64,000 bases of DNA from contig CAZQEH010000007.1 in the NCBI GenBank assembly GCA_964592205.1, positions 12,393 through 76,392 on the forward strand, written 5' to 3'. The stretch is from an uncultured Novosphingobium sp. GTDB taxonomy: Bacteria > Pseudomonadota > Alphaproteobacteria > Sphingomonadales > Sphingomonadaceae. The stretch's first letter is position 1. Each line of letters starts with the position of its first letter. Below are positions 31,250 through 40,746 of this stretch, piece after piece. The position numbers and the translations under genes are program-made. The notes under the pieces are model-generated. The model saw only the letters and a list, made by a program, of their open reading frames with translations. It had not been told where the DNA came from and made no database searches.

Positions 31250-32450
31250 GCGTCTCGACATACTTGCGAGCGGTATCGCAGTACCAGTCGGTAAAGCGCA
31301 GCGCGAGCAATTCGGCCTCTTTCGAATAGGGGCCAGGCACATAACCGGGGCTGTTGACGCCGAGCTGGTTGTTTTCCGCCAGTTCCTTGTCCTGCAGGTT
31401 GGTACGGGTCCACAGGTCGGCAAGGCTCTCGACCGTGTAATCAACGCCTTCGACGGCGTCCTTGTGCACCAGCCACTTACCGGTCACCGCCGTCTCGCCC
31501 GGGCCCATCGGCATCGCACTGAACATGAAGGTATGATCGGCCGTCGCGTGGAGGAAGCAGTGCGGATCGATGGCGAGGCGCATCGAGCCGATATCGCCGC
31601 CATTCTTGTCACACATCAGCTTCTTGACGAGGTGCTTGCCATCCATCGAGAGCGAGAGGACTTCCGGATTGAGCAGGAACCGGGCGAGTTGCCACCAATC
31701 CCCTTCGATCGCTTCGGTGGCGAGGCCGATGGCAGCCATCTGTTCGTGGAAGGTCTGCACGCGGGTATCGCCGTCGACGTCGAAGTGCTTCTTCATGCCG
31801 ACCGGGAAGGTCTTCGCCAATTCAGGATGACCGGTGGCGCAGTGATAGCACTCGCGCCCGTTTTCCATCACCAGCTTCCAGTTGGCATATTCGGTGATCG
31901 TGCTCTCGAAGGCGAGCTTCGCGTTCTTGAGATCGTGCGGTGCGAGATACACCTCAAGCCGAAGCGCGAATTCGTTGAACGGCGGCGGATTGTCGTCAAA
32001 GCAGATGAACAGGCAGCCGGCGACGCGTTCGAGCTGGATCGGACGCAGGCTGTGCGCGGCCTTGTCGAAATCCGGCTCCATCCGCATCGCCGAGAGCAGC
32101 GAGCCATCGAGCTCGTACGTCCAGCGGTGATAGGGGCAGACGATCTTGGGCGCCGAGCCGCTGCCCGCCGAGCACAGCAACGAACCGCGGTGGCGGCACG
32201 AATTGTGGAACGCGCGAATTTCCCCATCGCGGCCGCGCACGATCAGCACCGGCCACTTGCCGACCATCTGCGCGATATAGCTCCCCGCCTTGGGCAACTC
32301 GCACTCGAAACCGGCCATCAGCCAGCTGGTGCCGTAGATGGCGGCCATGTCGAAGGCGAACACTTCGGCTTCGTTGTAAAGCGGCTGGGGCAGGCAGTGG
32401 CCCTCGGGCCGCTGGGCCAGAAGCGAGCCGATCCGGCTGAAATCGATCAT
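31239..32450 (-). CDS. Rieske non-heme iron oxygenase alpha subunit, GbcA/Stc2-like (betaine N-demethylase type)
   Basis: CRH-x17-CPYH Rieske motif, ANWKLVMENGRECYHC..GHPEL, TNLQD...ENNQLGVNSPGYVPGPYS. Confidence 0.85.
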   Translation of the reverse strand: MIDFSRIGSLLAQRPEGHCLPQPLYNEAEVFAFDMAAIYGTSWLMAGFECELPKAGSYIAQMVGKWPVLIVRGRDGEIRAFHNSCRHRGSLLCSAGSGSAPKIVCPYHRWTYELDGSLLSAMRMEPDFDKAAHSLRPIQLERVAGCLFICFDDNPPPFNEFALRLEVYLAPHDLKNAKLAFESTITEYANWKLVMENGRECYHCATGHPELAKTFPVGMKKHFDVDGDTRVQTFHEQMAAIGLATEAIEGDWWQLARFLLNPEVLSLSMDGKHLVKKLMCDKNGGDIGSMRLAIDPHCFLHATADHTFMFSAMPMGPGETAVTGKWLVHKDAVEGVDYTVESLADLWTRTNLQDKELAENNQLGVNSPGYVPGPYSKEAELLALRFTDWYCDTARKYVETHGR

Positions 32451-33012
32451 GCGTGCGTGTCCATTCGGGGGCGGTCCCGATCTCGCGAGGAATAGATATA
32501 CCACCGGGTGGACCAACCGCGCGAATGCAGCCAATCGGATTTCCTTATGCCGCCATGGAAAATTGACAAAAAGGCCTGCGCAACCCCCGTCCAGACGCCC
32601 GCCGCGGCCTGTGCCGTGGGTAACAGTTTAGCCGCACATCTGATAAATTTTTGTAATATCAAGCTGCTAGCGGATGGGCGGGCAGCGCACTGGCCAGGCA
32701 TGACCAAAAAGACACAGCCAGCCGCGACGTGGGGACGGCGCAATCTGGGGGTGGATTTAGACCTTGCTTTAACCTAGGCTTGCCCAAACACGACGATGAG
32801 CGTGCCGGGAACAGGGAAAGAAATCAGGGAATTGCCTGCTTGGGAATGATCCGGCCGGATGGGTCGATCCGGTGTGAAGCGGCTTTTGCAGCGCCCTTCG
32901 TGCGGTTTCCCGCGGGTATGCCTTGAGATTGCCCCCTATTTTCACGCCATTGCCGCGGTTTGCTGAATCCCGGCCGGGTGCCGGGCGGAAAATGAGAAGG
33001 ATGGGGGTTACA

Positions 33013-35766
33013 ATGAAATCACGGTTTATGTTGTCGTGCGCGGCCGCGGCCGTTGCGCTGGGTTCAGGCGAAATGGCACTGGCGCAATCGACGCCGCAAT
33101 CGGCCGATACCGCCGCCTCCGCCAACTCCGATGTGATCATCGTTACGGCACAGCGCCGTGACCAGTCGATCCAGGACGTGCCGCTGACGCTTCAGGCCTT
33201 CAGCACCGATACGCTGAGCAAGCTCAACGTCACCTCGATCGACGGCCTGCTCAAGTACACCCCGAACGTCACCTTCTCGAACAACGGCCCGGGCCAGGGC
33301 GCGATCTTCCTGCGCGGCCTTTCGGCGGGCTTTGCCGGTCAGCAGTCCTCGGCGACGATCGGCGGCTTCCCCAATGTGGCGATCTACCTCGACGACCAGT
33401 CGATGCAGTTCCCGGCGCGTAACGTCGACGTCTATGTCGCCGATATCGAGCGCGTCGAAGTGCTCGAAGGTCCGCAGGGCACGCTCTTCGGCGGCGGCGC
33501 GCAGGCCGGTGTGCTGCGCTACATCACCAACAAGCCCAAGCTCGACAAGTTTGAAGGCCGTCTTGAAGGCAGCTTCGGCGGCACGGCCGGCGGCGCGGCC
33601 AACGGCTCGTTCAACGCGATGGTCAACGTGCCGATCATCGAAGACAAGCTCGCGATCCGCGCGGTGGTCTATGCCGATCACCACGGTGGCTATATCGACA
33701 ACAAGTACTCGACCTTCACCCGCCAGCCGTCTGACATTGGTTCGTACTACCTGTCATACCAGGGCAACGGCAACCAGCTGACGCCCCAGCAGCAGAGCCA
33801 CGGCGGCAAGTACGACAACAACTCGCTGGTTGAGGACAACTTCAACCCGGTCGACTACACCGGTGGCCGCGTCGCGGTTGACTGGAAGATCGCGCCGGAC
33901 TGGGATCTGCTCGTGACGCAGGCCTATCAGAAGCTGGAATCGCGCGGCACCTTCGCGATTCAGACCTATACCTATGACTACGCCCCGCTTACGGGTCTTT
34001 CGTCGACGCTGTTCACCCCGCAGTACAACAAGGACGATTTCTCGAACACAGCGTGGACGATCAACGGCAAGCTCGGTGATTTCAAGGTCATCTACACGGG
34101 TGCCTACCTGACCCGCCACATCAGCCAGCAGGGTGATTACACCAACTACGCCCGTGCGCAGTTCGGCATCTACTATCAGTGCATTGGTGGCTCCACTTAT
34201 GTGAGGCAGGGCACTTCGCCGTTCTGCTATGAGCCGACCTCGTACTGGACCGACAAGGTCCGCAGCACGCACGAAAGCCACGAAGTCCGGATCACGACGC
34301 CGGACGACAAGCGCATTCGCGCTATCGTCGGCGGGTACTACGAGAACTTCAAGATCCAGGACAACAACGACTGGGACTACAAGACTGTCCCGACCTGCGA
34401 TGCTGCGCTTACCCACCAGCAGCTTGTCGATGGCGGGTTCGATTGCGTCGGCGCGGTTGGCCCGAATCCGAACGCGACGCTCAACGTCAAGGGTCTTCGT
34501 GGTCCGTCCGTCGGCTTCGGTGAAGATACGCAGCGTGGCTTCAAGCAGTATGCCGCGTTCGGCTCGGTCGATTTCGACATTCTCCCGAACCTGACGGTCA
34601 CGGGCGGCACGCGCTACTACAACTACAAGGAATACGAGACCGGTTCGGTCTATGGCACCTCGATGGCTGGTTGTTATCAGCAGCCTTCGTGTGTCACGGG
34701 CTCCAACCTCGATGCGCTTGGCCTCAAATCCAACTACCACGGCTTCAAGAGCAAGGCGACGATCTCGTGGAAGCCGGAACCGGGTACGCTGGTCTACGCA
34801 ACGTTCAGCCAGGGCTTCCGTCCTGGTGCGTTCAACCGCGGCCCCTCGGCCCGCGTGCAAGACGGGACGTTCCCGTACATCGATGCTGCCGGCAAGCCGA
34901 CTGCGACGAAGACCAGCACGAAGAACTTCCAGTTGCTCGTTCCCGCCGCTTACGCGCCAGACAACCTGACCAACTGGGAAGTGGGCCTGAAAACCGACCT
35001 GTTTGACCGCAAGGTCACGTTCAACCTGTCGGCCTATTACATGAGCTGGGACAACATCCAGATCGGCTTCTTCAACCCGGCGGCCGGGTTCGGCAATACC
35101 GCGTTCGCGGCAAACGGCCCGACCTACCACATCAAGGGTATCGAAGCGCAGATCATTGCCCGTCCGGCCACCGGCTTCACCATCCAGGGTTCGGGCACCT
35201 ACAATGACAGCAAGCAGGCCAATTCGCCGTGCTTCATCGTCAACAACCCGACAGCGACCGACCTCGGCAAGTGCCTGACGACGCGCTTCGGTGGCCTCAA
35301 CGCCGATGGCTCGGTAAAGCCGGCCCTGCCCGTGCAGAGCCCCTATGGCACCCCCGGGAGCGTCACGCCGTTCAGCCCGAAGTTCCAGGGCAACATCCGT
35401 GCTCGTTACGAATGGACCGGCAAGGCTGATATCAACTGGTTCGTTGCGGCCGGTGTGAACTACACCAGCTCGTACTTCAACCAGCCGGGCACCTACCCGT
35501 CAGGTGATGAAGTCGCGAACGGCAACAGCGTTTCCTCGAATGGCGTGATCATTCCGGGTACGACGGTGCTGCGCTACAAGATGAAGGGTTATGCGCTGGC
35601 TGACGCACAGATCGGCTTCACCCGCGAAAACTGGACGGTGACCCTGTTCGGTGACAACATCTTCAACACTCACGCAGCAACGTTCACGAACTCATCGCAG
35701 TACATCAAGACTTCGACGATCGTTCGTCCGCTGACTTACGGCATCAAGATCTCCACCAAGCTGTGA
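33013..35766 (+). CDS. TonB-dependent receptor
   Basis: Signal peptide, IIVTAQRR, VEVLEGPQGTLFGGGAQAGVLRYITNKP, YATFSQGFRPG, RPLTYGI near the C-terminus. Confidence 0.95.
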   Translation: MKSRFMLSCAAAAVALGSGEMALAQSTPQSADTAASANSDVIIVTAQRRDQSIQDVPLTLQAFSTDTLSKLNVTSIDGLLKYTPNVTFSNNGPGQGAIFLRGLSAGFAGQQSSATIGGFPNVAIYLDDQSMQFPARNVDVYVADIERVEVLEGPQGTLFGGGAQAGVLRYITNKPKLDKFEGRLEGSFGGTAGGAANGSFNAMVNVPIIEDKLAIRAVVYADHHGGYIDNKYSTFTRQPSDIGSYYLSYQGNGNQLTPQQQSHGGKYDNNSLVEDNFNPVDYTGGRVAVDWKIAPDWDLLVTQAYQKLESRGTFAIQTYTYDYAPLTGLSSTLFTPQYNKDDFSNTAWTINGKLGDFKVIYTGAYLTRHISQQGDYTNYARAQFGIYYQCIGGSTYVRQGTSPFCYEPTSYWTDKVRSTHESHEVRITTPDDKRIRAIVGGYYENFKIQDNNDWDYKTVPTCDAALTHQQLVDGGFDCVGAVGPNPNATLNVKGLRGPSVGFGEDTQRGFKQYAAFGSVDFDILPNLTVTGGTRYYNYKEYETGSVYGTSMAGCYQQPSCVTGSNLDALGLKSNYHGFKSKATISWKPEPGTLVYATFSQGFRPGAFNRGPSARVQDGTFPYIDAAGKPTATKTSTKNFQLLVPAAYAPDNLTNWEVGLKTDLFDRKVTFNLSAYYMSWDNIQIGFFNPAAGFGNTAFAANGPTYHIKGIEAQIIARPATGFTIQGSGTYNDSKQANSPCFIVNNPTATDLGKCLTTRFGGLNADGSVKPALPVQSPYGTPGSVTPFSPKFQGNIRARYEWTGKADINWFVAAGVNYTSSYFNQPGTYPSGDEVANGNSVSSNGVIIPGTTVLRYKMKGYALADAQIGFTRENWTVTLFGDNIFNTHAATFTNSSQYIKTSTIVRPLTYGIKISTKL

Positions 35767-35788
35767 TCTTGCGCTGTTGACGGAAATG

Positions 35789-35824
35789 AAGGGGTGGCGT
35801 GGCAAACGCCACCCCTTGCTTTCT
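35789..35824 (+). terminator. Terminator-like hairpin after the TonB receptor gene
   Basis: Perfect 12-bp stem AAGGGGTGGCGT-GGCAA-ACGCCACCCCTT followed by GCTTTCT. Confidence 0.75.
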
Positions 35825-35890
35825 GGTCGCCCAAAGCGTTTGATGGGTGGGTTTCATGGGCATGGGCGGTCGCCGACAGGAAAGTGCGTA

Positions 35891-37963
35891 ATGGCCACGC
35901 AGATCGATCTGCCTCATTCTGACCAGACCTCTACCGATCCGCGCGCTGACGCCTCGCTGGCGGCAGAGCTCAAGTCCCTTCATCTACTTCAGGCCAAGGG
36001 CGACTATGCCGCCGCGGCTGCAAATGCGCAGCGCCTGCTTTCCGACCATCCGGCCGATCGCGATCTCCTTTTGATCGAAGCGCATTCGCTGCGCATGCTG
36101 AAGCAGACCGACGCTGCGCTGGCGGCGCTCGAGCGTTTCGCGCAGCATCACCCGGGCTTCAGCCAGATGTATCTCGAGCGCGGACTGTGCCACGTCGCGA
36201 GGCGCGATGCCCCCGCCGCCATCTTCGATCTGCGCTCTGCGGTGTCGATCAACCCGGCTCTCGTCATGGGTTGGCGAATGCTGGACGGCCTCTATCGCAT
36301 GACCGGCGACATGCGCAGCGCCGAGCTTGCATCGCGCCACGTTGCGCATCTTGCCAGCCTTCCGCCGCCGATCGTCCATGCCAAGGTCCTGTTCTGGGAT
36401 GACGAGATCGACGTGGCGGAGACGATGATCCGCCGCTTCCTGCTCGACGCCGGCGATCATCCCGAAGCGATGCGCCTGCTCGCCCAGATCGGCCACAAGC
36501 GCAAAGTGCTGGACGATGCCGAAGCGCTCTACGCAGGAGTGCTCGCGATGGTGCCCGACCATCACGATGCGCGGCAGGAATATGTCCAGGTTCTCATGGC
36601 GTTACACAAGTTTCCGCAGGCGCGTGAGATGCTGGAACCTCTGCTCAAGGCGGACCCGGCGAACCACATCTACCGCACGCATGCCGCGACAATCTGCGTT
36701 GGTCTCGGCGATTCCGAAAGCGTGATACCCGAGTATCGGGCGATGCTCTCAGAGATTCCGGACGATGCCCCGGCAGCGACGGCGCGGCGGGCCGATCTCA
36801 ATCTCTGGCTCGGTCATGCACTCAAGACCGTGGGCCGAACCGCCGAAGCCATCGATGCCTATATGGGGGCAACGGTCGAACGCCCCGATTTCGGCGACGC
36901 CTGGTGGAGCCTTGCCAACCTCAAGACCTACAAGTTCGCACCGGGATCGATTGCTCTCATGCAGGCGCGCCTCGATGACCCCGCCACTGCCGAAGTCGAC
37001 CAGATTCACATCGCCTTCGCGCTGGGCAAGGCGCTGGAGGACGCGGGCGACTACGAAGCTTCGTGGACGGCTTACGCACGCGGCAATGCCATGCACCGCG
37101 CGAGCAACGGCTATGTCCCTGAAGTGTTCGAAACCAACACGCGTGAACAACAGCGCGTTTGCACGCCCGCCTTCTTTGCCAAGCGCGCGGGCTGGGGGCT
37201 GGACGATCCCTCCCCGATCTTCGTGCTCGGCTTGCCGCGCGCAGGCTCGACCCTGATCGAGCAGATCCTCGCCTCGCACTCGATGGTCGAAGGCACGCAG
37301 GAATTGCCCGATATCCAGCGCATCGTGCACCAGCTGCAGGGGCGCGAGATGAACTTCGAGCAGCCGCTTTATCCCGGCTCGCTGGAAGAACTCGATGCCG
37401 AGGCAGTCCGCAGGTTCGGTGAGCAGTATATCGCCGACACGATGCCGAACCGCATTCTCGGCCGGCCTTATTTCATCGACAAGATGCCGAACAATTTCCG
37501 GCACATCGGGCTCATCAACCTGATCCTGCCCAACGCCAAGATCATCGATGCGCGGCGCGATGCGATGTCGTGCTGCTTCAGCAATCTCAAGCAGCTGTTC
37601 GCGCAAGGGCAGGAATTCACCTACGGCGTCGAGGATATCGCGCGGTATTATCGCACCTATGTCGAGCTGATGGACCTCTGGGACGCGGTGCTCCCCGGCC
37701 GGGTGCTGCGCGTGCAGCATGAGGACGTCGTCGACGACCTCGAAGGCAGCGTGCGCCGCATCCTCGATTACTGCGGCCTCCCCTTCGAAGATGCCTGCGT
37801 CGAGTTCCACAAGACCAAGCGCGCCGTGCGCACGCCCAGTTCGGAACAAGTGCGCCAGCCCATCTTCCGTGACGGGCTCGATCAGTGGAAGAAGTTCGAA
37901 CCCTGGCTGGAGCCGCTGCGCGCCGCGCTCGGGCCGGAACTGGCCCCCAAAGCCGTCGCATGA
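35891..37963 (+). CDS. Tetratricopeptide-repeat sulfotransferase family protein
   Basis: N-terminal TPR-like helices; IFVLGLPRAGSTLIEQILASH (5'-PSB loop), IDKMPNNF, RRDAMSCCFS, TPSSEQVRQP. Confidence 0.9.
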   Translation: MATQIDLPHSDQTSTDPRADASLAAELKSLHLLQAKGDYAAAAANAQRLLSDHPADRDLLLIEAHSLRMLKQTDAALAALERFAQHHPGFSQMYLERGLCHVARRDAPAAIFDLRSAVSINPALVMGWRMLDGLYRMTGDMRSAELASRHVAHLASLPPPIVHAKVLFWDDEIDVAETMIRRFLLDAGDHPEAMRLLAQIGHKRKVLDDAEALYAGVLAMVPDHHDARQEYVQVLMALHKFPQAREMLEPLLKADPANHIYRTHAATICVGLGDSESVIPEYRAMLSEIPDDAPAATARRADLNLWLGHALKTVGRTAEAIDAYMGATVERPDFGDAWWSLANLKTYKFAPGSIALMQARLDDPATAEVDQIHIAFALGKALEDAGDYEASWTAYARGNAMHRASNGYVPEVFETNTREQQRVCTPAFFAKRAGWGLDDPSPIFVLGLPRAGSTLIEQILASHSMVEGTQELPDIQRIVHQLQGREMNFEQPLYPGSLEELDAEAVRRFGEQYIADTMPNRILGRPYFIDKMPNNFRHIGLINLILPNAKIIDARRDAMSCCFSNLKQLFAQGQEFTYGVEDIARYYRTYVELMDLWDAVLPGRVLRVQHEDVVDDLEGSVRRILDYCGLPFEDACVEFHKTKRAVRTPSSEQVRQPIFRDGLDQWKKFEPWLEPLRAALGPELAPKAVA

Positions 37964-38000
37964 TGATAAACAACAAGCCTTATCGGGACAGGATCAGCCA

Positions 38001-39311
38001 ATGGCAGCAATAGGCGCGACAGCAGCACCCGCAGGTGAGGAGAATGCTTCGGTAGCACTGCGCTGGTACGTGCTGTTCGTGATGATGCTCGCCTATACGA
38101 TCAACATCGCGGACCGCTACGTGATGTCGACCGTGCTCGAGCAGATCCGGCTCGACCTGCACCTCAGCGATGGCGGCGTGGCGTTTCTCACGGGCGTTTC
38201 GCTGGCGCTGTTCTACGTCAGCATGGGCATTCCGCTTTCGTGGATCGCGGACCGCTACAACCGGCGCAACCTGCTCGCGATCTCGATCACGCTGTGGTCG
38301 GTGATGACGACGATGTGCGGGCTTTCCAAGGGCTATGTCCAGCTGCTGCTGGCGCGCATGGGCGTCGGCATTGGCGAAGCGGGTGGCACGCCTTCGTGCA
38401 ATTCGATCATCTGCGATTACTTCCCGGCGGCCCGGCGCCCGATGGCGCTGACGATCTTCTGCCTTGGCGCCCCCATTGGCGCGTGGATTGGTGCGGACAT
38501 GGCGGGCGCGGTGGCGCATGCCTATGGCTGGCGCGCCGCGTTCCTCGTGCTTGGCATTCCCGGTGTGCTGCTGGCACTGCTCATCATGGCGACGATCCGC
38601 GAGCCCAAGCGCGGCTGCCTCGATGTGATCAGGAGCGACGATGATCCAACGCTGATGGAAACGCTGCGCTTCTGCCTGAGCCAGCGTTCCGCCATGCACG
38701 TGATGATGGGCAGCGGCGTCGGCGCGCTGTGGGGTTGGGGCCTGATGTGGTTCATCCCCACGTTCCTCCAGCGCACCTACCAGATCGACGTGGGCGCAGC
38801 AGGCGCCATTGTCGGGCCGATTCACCTGGTGATGGGCATCAGCGCGTCGCTGCTGACGGCCTGGATTCTCGGCCGTCCCTCGTACACCGATCCCCGCAAG
38901 ATCGTGTATCTGCTGGGCGGCGTGACGGCGGTCGCGACGGTTCCGGGGATCATCGCGATCTATACCCACAATCTGACACTGGCGACGATCTCGCTGTGGC
39001 TGTTCATTCCGGGCATCTATTTCTACATCGGTCCCGCCTTCGCGCTGGGCCAGAACCTTGCGCCGCCGAAGATGCGCGCGATGTTCAGTGCGATCGCGCT
39101 GCTGATCGCCAACGTGTTCAACCTCATCGTCGCGCCGCAGGGCGTCGGCATGATGAGCGATTACTTTGCAGGCCCCGCCGGGCCCGATGCGGCTTCGCTG
39201 CGCTCGGCGCTGCTGATCCTGGCCCCCACCGGGTTCTGGGCGGCATTCCACTATTTCATGGCGGCCAGAACGATCGTCGAAGACCAGAAGCGAGCTATCG
39301 GTTATGTCTGA
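38001..39311 (+). CDS. MFS transporter (spinster-like)
   Basis: NIADRY, ADRYNRRNLL motif A, ARMGVGIGEAG; many hydrophobic segments. Confidence 0.9.
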   Translation: MAAIGATAAPAGEENASVALRWYVLFVMMLAYTINIADRYVMSTVLEQIRLDLHLSDGGVAFLTGVSLALFYVSMGIPLSWIADRYNRRNLLAISITLWSVMTTMCGLSKGYVQLLLARMGVGIGEAGGTPSCNSIICDYFPAARRPMALTIFCLGAPIGAWIGADMAGAVAHAYGWRAAFLVLGIPGVLLALLIMATIREPKRGCLDVIRSDDDPTLMETLRFCLSQRSAMHVMMGSGVGALWGWGLMWFIPTFLQRTYQIDVGAAGAIVGPIHLVMGISASLLTAWILGRPSYTDPRKIVYLLGGVTAVATVPGIIAIYTHNLTLATISLWLFIPGIYFYIGPAFALGQNLAPPKMRAMFSAIALLIANVFNLIVAPQGVGMMSDYFAGPAGPDAASLRSALLILAPTGFWAAFHYFMAARTIVEDQKRAIGYV

Positions 39312-40746
39312 ACTTTCCCCCCTCCCCTCCTATATAAACGGCGCATGGACGCTGCCGGCCACCTCGACCACGCTGTTCGAGGCAATCAATCCCGCGACCG
39401 AGGAAGTCTGCGCGCGGGTCGCGCTCTGCGGGCCGGATGATGTTGACCGCGCCATGGCGGCCGCACGCGCTGCATTCGAGGGTTATTCGTCGCTAAGCCT
39501 CGATGCGCGCCTCGCCCTCGTCGAGAAGCTGATCGCGGTGTTTGAAGCGCGCTATGACGAGATGGTCACGGCGATCAGCACCGAAATGGGCGCGCCCTAC
39601 GATCTTTCCTACAATGCGCAGGCCGAATGCGGGCCCGGGCACCTCAAGGAAACGATCAAGGCCGCGCGCGAGATGGTGTGGGAGCGTTCGCTCGGCAGTC
39701 GCGGCCGTCTGGTCCACGAGGCTGTGGGTGTCTGCGCGCTGATCACACCGTGGAACTGGCCGATCAACCAGCTCGCCGCCAAGATCGGCCCGGCACTCGT
39801 CGCGGGCTGCACGATGGTGCTCAAGCCCAGCGAGATCGCCCCGCTTTCCGCGCAGCTCTTCGCCGAGTTCATCCACGAAGCGGGCTTCCCGGCAGGCGTG
39901 TTCAATATGGTGCACGGCACCGGCCCCGGCATCGGTGATGCGCTGACGAGCCATCCGGAAGCCGATATGGTCTCGTTCACCGGCTCCACCCGCGCGGGCA
40001 TCCAGGTCGCGAAATCCGCTGCCGAAACGGTCAAGCGTGTCAGCCAGGAACTGGGTGGCAAGTCTCCCAACCTCGTGTTTGCCGATTCCGGTCTGCAGGC
40101 CGCGGTCGCGCGCGGGGTGCGCCACTGCTTCAACAACACGGGCCAATCGTGCAACGCACCGACGCGCATGCTGGTAGAAGCTTCAGTCTATGACGAGGCG
40201 GTCGAAATCGCGAAGACGGTGGCCGAGAGCGTCACACTGGGCGACCCGATGGAAAAGGGCCCGCATCTCGGACCCGTCGTCAGCAAGGTCCATTTCGAGC
40301 GCATTCAGAAGCTCATCGAAGCTGGGATCGCCGAAGGCGCGCGGCTGGTCACAGGCGGACCGGGCCGCGCTGACGGGTTCAACCGCGGCTACTATGTCAA
40401 GCCGACGATCTTCGCCGACGTGACCAACCAGATGACGATCGCCCGCGAGGAGATCTTCGGCCCCGTGCTCGCCATGATCCCGTTCAAGGACGAGGACGAG
40501 GCCGTCGCCATCGCCAACGACACGCCCTATGGCCTGGCTGGCTATGTCCAGAGCGGCGACCTGGAGCGCGCGCGGCGGGTGGCCCGCCATATCCGCGCGG
40601 GCAGCGTCTACCTCAATGGCGCGGGACAGGAATATTGCTCGCCTTTTGGCGGCTACAAGCAATCGGGCAATGGGCGCGAATGGGGCGAGTTCGGCCTTCA
40701 CGATTACCTCGAGATCAAGGTCATCAACGGCTTCGAGGGGGCATGA
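39304..40746 (+). CDS. Aldehyde dehydrogenase
   Basis: ITPWNWP, FTGS, ELGGKSP, GQSC catalytic Cys, EEIFGPV. Confidence 0.95.
   Translation: MSELSPLPSYINGAWTLPATSTTLFEAINPATEEVCARVALCGPDDVDRAMAAARAAFEGYSSLSLDARLALVEKLIAVFEARYDEMVTAISTEMGAPYDLSYNAQAECGPGHLKETIKAAREMVWERSLGSRGRLVHEAVGVCALITPWNWPINQLAAKIGPALVAGCTMVLKPSEIAPLSAQLFAEFIHEAGFPAGVFNMVHGTGPGIGDALTSHPEADMVSFTGSTRAGIQVAKSAAETVKRVSQELGGKSPNLVFADSGLQAAVARGVRHCFNNTGQSCNAPTRMLVEASVYDEAVEIAKTVAESVTLGDPMEKGPHLGPVVSKVHFERIQKLIEAGIAEGARLVTGGPGRADGFNRGYYVKPTIFADVTNQMTIAREEIFGPVLAMIPFKDEDEAVAIANDTPYGLAGYVQSGDLERARRVARHIRAGSVYLNGAGQEYCSPFGGYKQSGNGREWGEFGLHDYLEIKVINGFEGA

Noticed and set aside
32800..32930. Possible cobalamin riboswitch upstream of the TonB receptor (GGGAA-rich tract)
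   Set aside because: Could not find the conserved B12-box or the expected stem arrangement; an Rfam scan would be needed
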